A DNA stretch of 63,952 nucleotides from an uncultured Chitinophaga sp. (GTDB lineage Bacteria > Bacteroidota > Bacteroidia > 2-12-FULL-35-15): NCBI GenBank assembly GCA_964456225.1, contig CAYWAV010000010.1, positions 1 to 63,952 of the forward strand, given 5' to 3'. Below the pieces are notes generated by a model that ran no database searches, was not told the origin of the DNA, and worked only from the letters and a program-made list of their open reading frames with translations. Positions within the stretch are counted from its first letter, which is position 1. Each line of letters opens with the position of its first letter. The position numbers were made by a program, and so were the translations under genes. Of the stretch, positions 58,446 to 63,952 are shown piece after piece.

Positions 58446-59309
58446 ATGAGACAACTCAAAATAACCAAATCAATTACCAATCGCGAGAGTGCTTCTTTGG
58501 ATAAATATCTTCAGGAAATTGGTCGCGAGGAGTTAATTACTGCAGAAGAAGAAGTAATATTAGCAGTAAAAATCAGAGCTGGAGATCAGCAAGCGTTAGA
58601 GAAATTAACGAAGTCGAATTTACGTTTTGTAGTATCGGTTGCAAAACAATATCAAAATCAAGGTTTAAGTTTACCCGATTTAATTAATGAGGGAAATTTA
58701 GGTTTGATTAAAGCAGCAAAACGTTTTGATGAAACACGTGGTTTTAAATTTATCTCTTATGCTGTATGGTGGATTCGTCAATCCATTCTTCAAGCTTTAG
58801 CTGAACAATCACGTATCGTACGTTTACCATTGAACCAGGTTGGTTCATTGAATAAGATCAATAAAGCTTATTCTCGTTTAGAACAACAATTTGAGCGTGA
58901 GCCAAGTGCTGAAGAGTTATCAGAAATATTAGAACTTCCACAAGATAAAGTTGCCGACACGATGAGAGTATCTGGTCGTCACGTATCTATGGATGCTCCT
59001 TTTGTAAATGGAGAAGAAAATAGTTTATTGGATGTATTGGTGAATCATGATTCTCCTCGCGCTGATAACTTATTGATGAATGAATCCTTACAAAGAGAAA
59101 TTGAACGTTCATTATCTACATTAACAGAAAGAGAACGCGATGTTGTAAAATTGTTTTTCGGAATCGGAATCAACCACGGATTAACTTTGGAAGAAATCGG
59201 AGCAAAATTCGACTTAACCCGCGAACGTGTTCGTCAGATTAAAGAGAAAGCGATTCGTAGATTACGCCACAACTCCAGAAGCAAATTACTAAAGACATAT
59301 TTAGGATAA
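58446..59309 (+). CDS. rpoD: Primary RNA polymerase sigma factor (Bacteroidota SigA/RpoD, no region 1.1)
   Basis: [58 protein letters not shown]. Confidence 0.96.
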   Translation: MRQLKITKSITNRESASLDKYLQEIGREELITAEEEVILAVKIRAGDQQALEKLTKSNLRFVVSVAKQYQNQGLSLPDLINEGNLGLIKAAKRFDETRGFKFISYAVWWIRQSILQALAEQSRIVRLPLNQVGSLNKINKAYSRLEQQFEREPSAEELSEILELPQDKVADTMRVSGRHVSMDAPFVNGEENSLLDVLVNHDSPRADNLLMNESLQREIERSLSTLTERERDVVKLFFGIGINHGLTLEEIGAKFDLTRERVRQIKEKAIRRLRHNSRSKLLKTYLG

Positions 59310-59331
59310 GTAATCCGCTCAAAGGCAATGA

Positions 59332-59396
59332 AACCACACAGAAATCAGTTGAAAACTAAGAATAAGTTTAACTGATGTTTGTGTGGTTATTTTTTT
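59332..59396 (+). terminator. Long-stem intrinsic terminator after rpoD
   Basis: aaccacacagaaatcagttgaa / tttaactgatgtttgtgtggtt imperfect stem followed by a T tract. Confidence 0.75.
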
Positions 59397-59416
59397 ATTT
59401 TTATCGAGCTTTTAAT

Positions 59417-59485
59417 TGTCATTCCGACCGAAACAAGAATCTACTTGTTAATCAACCAGATTTCTCGACTCCGCTCGAAATGACA
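59417..59485. repeat. REP doublet, left arm truncated
   Basis: tgtcattccgaccga...gaatct and agatttctcgactccgctcgaaatgaca. Confidence 0.75.
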
Positions 59486-59489
59486 GTCC

Positions 59490-59526
59490 AACTAATAAAC
59501 AAATGAACTAATTAACAAATGAACTA
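59490..59526. repeat. Octamer/16-bp tandem micro-array upstream of the gap start
   Basis: aactaataaacaaatg aactaattaacaaatg aacta. Confidence 0.7.
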
Positions 59527-59531
59527 GCATT

Positions 59532-61010
59532 ATGACACTTGAAACAATGGAGCCAACTGAAGGAAAAGCAAAAGTAACCGACGAATCAGAATTGAATGAT
59601 TGGATCAATCATGAAAAAGCGGCAATCGACCTTATCGGAATCATCGGAAAACTATGGTTTGAGAAATCAATCGAATTGATTCTTTTCAGAAATCAATTAG
59701 TCGATAGAAGTGCTAGTGAAATCATGAACTTGCACCACTATGCAAAAAACATTGTTAAAAAAGTTATTACGGTTGAAGATACCTTAGCCATTGCAACACA
59801 CATTTCTCAAATGGATATTTGTCCATCTCGTTTGGACATTGGAAAACTTGCTTTTGAATGGCAAAAAGAAAGTGCAAAATTTAAAACAGTTGAAGATTTC
59901 TTAAAAAATAAATTAGTTGAATTCATCGGCAAAAAACACAACATTACTCCAAAAGATGTTGTATTGTTTGGTTTCGGACGTATTGGCCGTTTAGCGGCTC
60001 GTGAATTAATTGCTCAAGCTGGTAAAGGAGAACAATTAAGATTAAAAGCAATTGTTACCCGCGGAAGTAGCGATGCTGATATTATCAAACGTGCAGATCT
60101 TTTGCGTACCGATTCAATACATGGAGTTTTTCCTGGAACCATCATTGAAGACTTAGATAAAAAAGCTTTAATCATCAACGGACATACCGTTTATATGATT
60201 GATGCAAAAAATCCAGAAGATGTAGATTATACTAAATATGGAATCAACAATGCGTTATTGATTGACAACACTGGTGTTTTTAGAGACAAGGCAGAATTGA
60301 GTCGCCACTTACAAGCGAAAGGAATTACAAAAGTTTTATTGACAGCTCCTGCAAAAGATATTCCAAACGTAGTTCACGGAGTAAATCACCAAACCATTGA
60401 TATTAAAACCGACAACATTCTTTCTGCTGCGTCTTGTACAACTAACGCAATTATGCCTGTTTTACAAGTGGTTCACAATAAATTGGGAATAGCTCGCGGA
60501 CATATTGAAACGGTTCACTCCTACACCAACGATCAAAACTTGTTGGACAACTATCACAAAAAATACAGAAGAGGTCGCTCTGCTGCATTAAATATGGTAA
60601 TTACGGAGACGGGTGCTGAAAGTGCTTTGAAAAAAGTATTGCCTGAATTGTCCGGGAAATTTACGGCTAACTCTGTGCGTGTACCAACACCAAATGTTTC
60701 GCTTGCAATTTTGAGTATGACCATTGATAAAGAAGTTACGAAAGAAGAAGTAAACGATATCTTGAAAGATGCTGCTTTAAACGGAGCACTCGTTGAACAA
60801 ATCCAATACATGAATTCAAATGAATTGGTTTCTACAGATGTAATTGGAAATCCTTGCCCTTCGGTATTCGACAGCCAAGCAACAATTGTTGGTCCAGATA
60901 AAAAGAACATTGTATTATATGTATGGTATGATAACGAATACGGTTATACTCGTCAAGTAATTCGCTTCAGCAAGTATATTGCAGAAGTTAGACGAATGGT
61001 TTATTACTAG
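59532..61010 (+). CDS. gap: Glyceraldehyde-3-phosphate dehydrogenase, long form with about 140-aa N-terminal extension
   Basis: GFGRIGR, DNTGVF, AASCTTN, HSYTNDQ, RVPTPNVS, WYDNEYGY. Confidence 0.92.
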   Translation: MTLETMEPTEGKAKVTDESELNDWINHEKAAIDLIGIIGKLWFEKSIELILFRNQLVDRSASEIMNLHHYAKNIVKKVITVEDTLAIATHISQMDICPSRLDIGKLAFEWQKESAKFKTVEDFLKNKLVEFIGKKHNITPKDVVLFGFGRIGRLAARELIAQAGKGEQLRLKAIVTRGSSDADIIKRADLLRTDSIHGVFPGTIIEDLDKKALIINGHTVYMIDAKNPEDVDYTKYGINNALLIDNTGVFRDKAELSRHLQAKGITKVLLTAPAKDIPNVVHGVNHQTIDIKTDNILSAASCTTNAIMPVLQVVHNKLGIARGHIETVHSYTNDQNLLDNYHKKYRRGRSAALNMVITETGAESALKKVLPELSGKFTANSVRVPTPNVSLAILSMTIDKEVTKEEVNDILKDAALNGALVEQIQYMNSNELVSTDVIGNPCPSVFDSQATIVGPDKKNIVLYVWYDNEYGYTRQVIRFSKYIAEVRRMVYY

Positions 61011-61051
61011 TACGAATAACGGATAAAACGAAATTACGAATCTGTGTGTAT

Positions 61052-61087
61052 AAAAAATCCTCTCAGAAATTATCTGAGAGGATTTTT
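61052..61087. terminator. Bidirectional intrinsic terminator
   Basis: aaaaaatcctctcaga / tctgagaggattttt between convergent gap and the S74 gene. Confidence 0.85.
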
Positions 61088-61105
61088 ATTTTAAACTTGA
61101 TATTT

Positions 61106-63952
61106 TTATTGTTGCTTCACCATTTTTTTCGTCTCAATAATTTTGCCATCCGCTACAAGTGTGTATGTGTAAATGCCATTTGACAAATCACTAGCAAATA
61201 CATTCAATTGTCCTTTTCCTCTCTCATTCAAATCAACCGATTGAATTAATTTACCTTGTGCATTGTAAAATAAAATTTGAGCTTTACTTATATTGTCTGG
61301 TAAAAAATAATTAATAGTTGTTTGTTCAGCAAATGGATTTGGAACGTTTTGCTCTAAAACTATTGACTGACCATCTTTTAAATCAACAGTTGTTTGAGTA
61401 GTTGATTGTGATTGACCTCCGTTTTGTTGCATTGAATGGCTATTACAACATGAATTGATGAGTGTTGCAAGTGCGTCTATCTGAGATTGCAATGATGTGT
61501 TTATCGAATCTTGAACATTGTTTTCAGTTTTCAAGCTATCAATTGTTTTCCCTTGCTCTTGAATACCTTTCATTAAAATAGCAGTAAATGCTTGGTAGTT
61601 TAATGTTTTGTAAGTTAAAGCAGGTATTACAACAGCGCCTATTGTATCTAGAACTGCCGGATGAACAATTTCTGTAACTAATTCAGGCAAAATTGTTTCA
61701 ACCTCTTGAGCGATAAACCCATACTGTTTTCTGCCACTCAAACCCATTTGAGGAAAATCCGCAGTTTTGAATTCATAAGTTTTTGGATTCAGTTGGTTAA
61801 TAATACTCATTGCATCCTGAATACTATCGATATTTTGTTTTAGAATAATATCAGAAGAAAAATTATCTGTACCTGTTCTAACAACATCGCCATTAAAATA
61901 ACCGGCAAAATTAATTCCTGTAGGTGGTGTTGTGCCTGAAGCCGGCAAAGCTTCTGCCCAAATCCCATAATTATTTATTGTTGAACCACCCGCAATAAAA
62001 TATCCGCCATAGTTAGTGCCTGCTGTACCCAAAGCTTCTCCTCTTACTGCAAAATTGGAGCCCGTAGAATTATTCGCAATTGCATGAACACCCATATTTT
62101 GGTTATTTATACCTGTTGCCTGAAATAAACCTCCTTTAGCTATTTTAGCTGCTTGGGTAAAGTAATTCGCTGTGCCTCTTACGCCAATAGTGTTGTCTGC
62201 ATCTCTAGCTATAAAATCACCCCCGATATTTGTATGCAGGAAATTTATTGGCTGTACGCCATTAGTCATGCCAAACACAGCACGATAAGTTCTTGGAGGT
62301 GTAGAAGTGGAAACATCACTATTAATAGAGCTTGTAGCAGTAGTGTTGATTGCGACAGAACCCACATTTTCCAACACACTAAATTTCGCTGGCATTGAAA
62401 CACCACAAGCATAACCAATTCCAACTACATCTTGATTTGGAATTAAAGCTGCTGGATCAAACGGTATTGCTTGTCCTGAAAAACGATAATTAAATGTATT
62501 TAACGGAATTTCATAATCTGTTCCAACAATTGGATTTGGAGTGGCTGTACAATAATTACCAATGCCGCTTCCTGCTGTTGCTGGAACATAAATAACATCT
62601 CCGTCAGCATCTACCGACAAAACACCTGATCCTGGATTAGCAAGCGTTGGAGATGTTGTATTTAAATTTGTAAAACGTAAACCACTACTTCCACCAACCG
62701 TTGTAGTTGCTTCCGAAGAATTTACTTCCAAAGTTTGTGTTGGATTGATACTTCCGCCAAAATATAAATTAGTTGTTGGATCTCCTCCAATTCCGGTCCA
62801 AATATGTGCATTAGTTATTGCCACATTTGTTGAGGGAGTCATTCTCATTGCTTCAACTCCGTTTATTCCATTTGATGGAGGAAGACCAGGAGTTCCAACA
62901 GTAGCAGATGTAAAAATAAATCGCATATTATCTGGCCCAATTGGAAAAGGACCTGCAGGACCTGCATTGTCTCCCCAGTTGATTACTGCATCATATCTGT
63001 CGATTGGAAAAGAACCTGGTTCTTGTTTTAAACCAACGTACATATTGTCGGTTCCATTTGCTGTAAATGTTCCAACATCCATCCAAGGTCTCCATCCATC
63101 ATTTGTTGCGCCTGTATTGTAACCTAGGTGCATTAAACTTAATGGACGAGTTACAGGGCTTGTTGGATTGTGACTAATTGAAACGCGAGTTAAATTTCCT
63201 GGTAAACCACCCGGATTAAAAAGGACACCATTGTTTAGTGCTCCTATTTGCATGATGCGTATACGCTCACCGTTATTGGCATACAAAGTCAACCGATCAT
63301 TTTCCTGCTGATTAATTTGGGCTTCTCTGTTGACCGCTGTTGTAGGCGCATAACCTACTTTTAAACCATCAGTTGCGGTTTGGCCCGTTCCATTTTCGTT
63401 GGTAATCTGCATGAAAACAGGCTTGTTCAAATCCAAACTCATGTGCAACAAGTTTTGTGGACGAACATAAGGCACTCCTACTGGTCCAAAAGTATTTCCG
63501 AGCCCCATTTCTCCTGTTGGAGTAAATCTTGCAATATGCCGACCGTCCAAGTCGTTTTCATCACTAAAATTGGTGCTTACCACACTACTGGCTCCCGTTC
63601 CTATGAAACGGAAAGCAAAATCGTCAGGGCCAAAAGGAGAGCTGTTATTATCGCTCCACGAAACAACCATTTCAGATTGTTCTGCAACAGTTGGTAAGGT
63701 TCTTACTCCGAAATACATCAAGTCGGTATTTCCCGTAAAGGTAATACCCGTTTTCATCCAAGGGCGATAACCAAATTCCTGAGTAAAGTTAGCAGCAGGA
63801 TTTTGCGCTCCATTCAAATGCAACATAGAAAATGCACCCTTATTATTGTAAATTGTACCGCCACCGAACTGTGTAGGAGTATTCTCCCCTATTAACAAAT
63901 AACCACTAGTGTTTACTACAGGAAATGTATAACCATTGATTGGGTACTGTGT
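61106..63952 (-). CDS. Tailspike-like protein with peptidase S74 intramolecular chaperone domain, coiled coil and T9SS type A CTD (5' end beyond the window)
   Basis: Frame is open to the window end (TQYPINGYTFPVVNTSGYLLIGEN...). FSSDIILKQNI...LNPKTYEF...YGFIAQEVETILPELV...LNYQAFTAILMKGIQEQ S74 domain; LEQNVPNPF...GIYTYTLV...ETKKMVK CTD. Confidence 0.9.
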   Translation of the reverse strand, partial: TQYPINGYTFPVVNTSGYLLIGENTPTQFGGGTIYNNKGAFSMLHLNGAQNPAANFTQEFGYRPWMKTGITFTGNTDLMYFGVRTLPTVAEQSEMVVSWSDNNSSPFGPDDFAFRFIGTGASSVVSTNFSDENDLDGRHIARFTPTGEMGLGNTFGPVGVPYVRPQNLLHMSLDLNKPVFMQITNENGTGQTATDGLKVGYAPTTAVNREAQINQQENDRLTLYANNGERIRIMQIGALNNGVLFNPGGLPGNLTRVSISHNPTSPVTRPLSLMHLGYNTGATNDGWRPWMDVGTFTANGTDNMYVGLKQEPGSFPIDRYDAVINWGDNAGPAGPFPIGPDNMRFIFTSATVGTPGLPPSNGINGVEAMRMTPSTNVAITNAHIWTGIGGDPTTNLYFGGSINPTQTLEVNSSEATTTVGGSSGLRFTNLNTTSPTLANPGSGVLSVDADGDVIYVPATAGSGIGNYCTATPNPIVGTDYEIPLNTFNYRFSGQAIPFDPAALIPNQDVVGIGYACGVSMPAKFSVLENVGSVAINTTATSSINSDVSTSTPPRTYRAVFGMTNGVQPINFLHTNIGGDFIARDADNTIGVRGTANYFTQAAKIAKGGLFQATGINNQNMGVHAIANNSTGSNFAVRGEALGTAGTNYGGYFIAGGSTINNYGIWAEALPASGTTPPTGINFAGYFNGDVVRTGTDNFSSDIILKQNIDSIQDAMSIINQLNPKTYEFKTADFPQMGLSGRKQYGFIAQEVETILPELVTEIVHPAVLDTIGAVVIPALTYKTLNYQAFTAILMKGIQEQGKTIDSLKTENNVQDSINTSLQSQIDALATLINSCCNSHSMQQNGGQSQSTTQTTVDLKDGQSIVLEQNVPNPFAEQTTINYFLPDNISKAQILFYNAQGKLIQSVDLNERGKGQLNVFASDLSNGIYTYTLVADGKIIETKKMVKQQ

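Noticed and set aside
58446-59309. Truncated RpoD
   Set aside because: Absence of region 1.1 is normal for the Bacteroidota primary sigma factor; the gene has a good promoter and terminator.
1651-59526. CRISPR array
   Set aside because: Repeats are dispersed, inverted or nested and have no regular unique spacers; no cas genes.
456-63770. The many 60-125-aa ORFs in the track that overlap longer genes (e.g. 456-680, 4470-4784, 24430-24738, 33166-33543, 62745-63122)
   Set aside because: They are antisense or off-frame shadows of well-supported genes, with no recognisable motifs.
61106-63952. Prophage tail gene
   Set aside because: It carries a T9SS CTD and its own terminator, lies next to gap, and no capsid, terminase, portal or integrase genes are seen. 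The upstream context is outside the window.

Overview
AT-rich chromosomal window of a free-living Bacteroidota bacterium. Evidence for the phylum: TAnnTTTG -7 promoters, a short RpoD lacking region 1.1, and type IX secretion (T9SS) cargo. It holds about 50 intact genes, mostly housekeeping (pyrD, smpB, kdsA, glmM, aroE, uvrB, recQ, mltG, dapF, degP, rpoD, gap). It also has a DtxR/MntR-MntH locus with a divergent TonB receptor sharing a perfect 26-bp operator palindrome, six T9SS cargo genes, and three c-type cytochrome candidates. No rRNA, tRNA, CRISPR array, transposase, integrase or reverse transcriptase was recognised. The most unusual signals are non-genic or sub-genic. (1) A decayed four-helix-bundle (TIGR02436/Avd-like) gene is bracketed by inverted 7-bp-period repeat arrays that run into the neighbouring coding sequences, with a third heptamer array inside pyrD. 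(2) Further 7-10-bp micro-arrays and nested REP-like palindromes sit at many gene junctions. (3) An orphan T9SS C-terminal-domain cassette shares a 213-bp identical core with the end of a tailspike-like peptidase-S74 protein gene 57 kb away. All family assignments come from motif recognition by eye; no database search was run.
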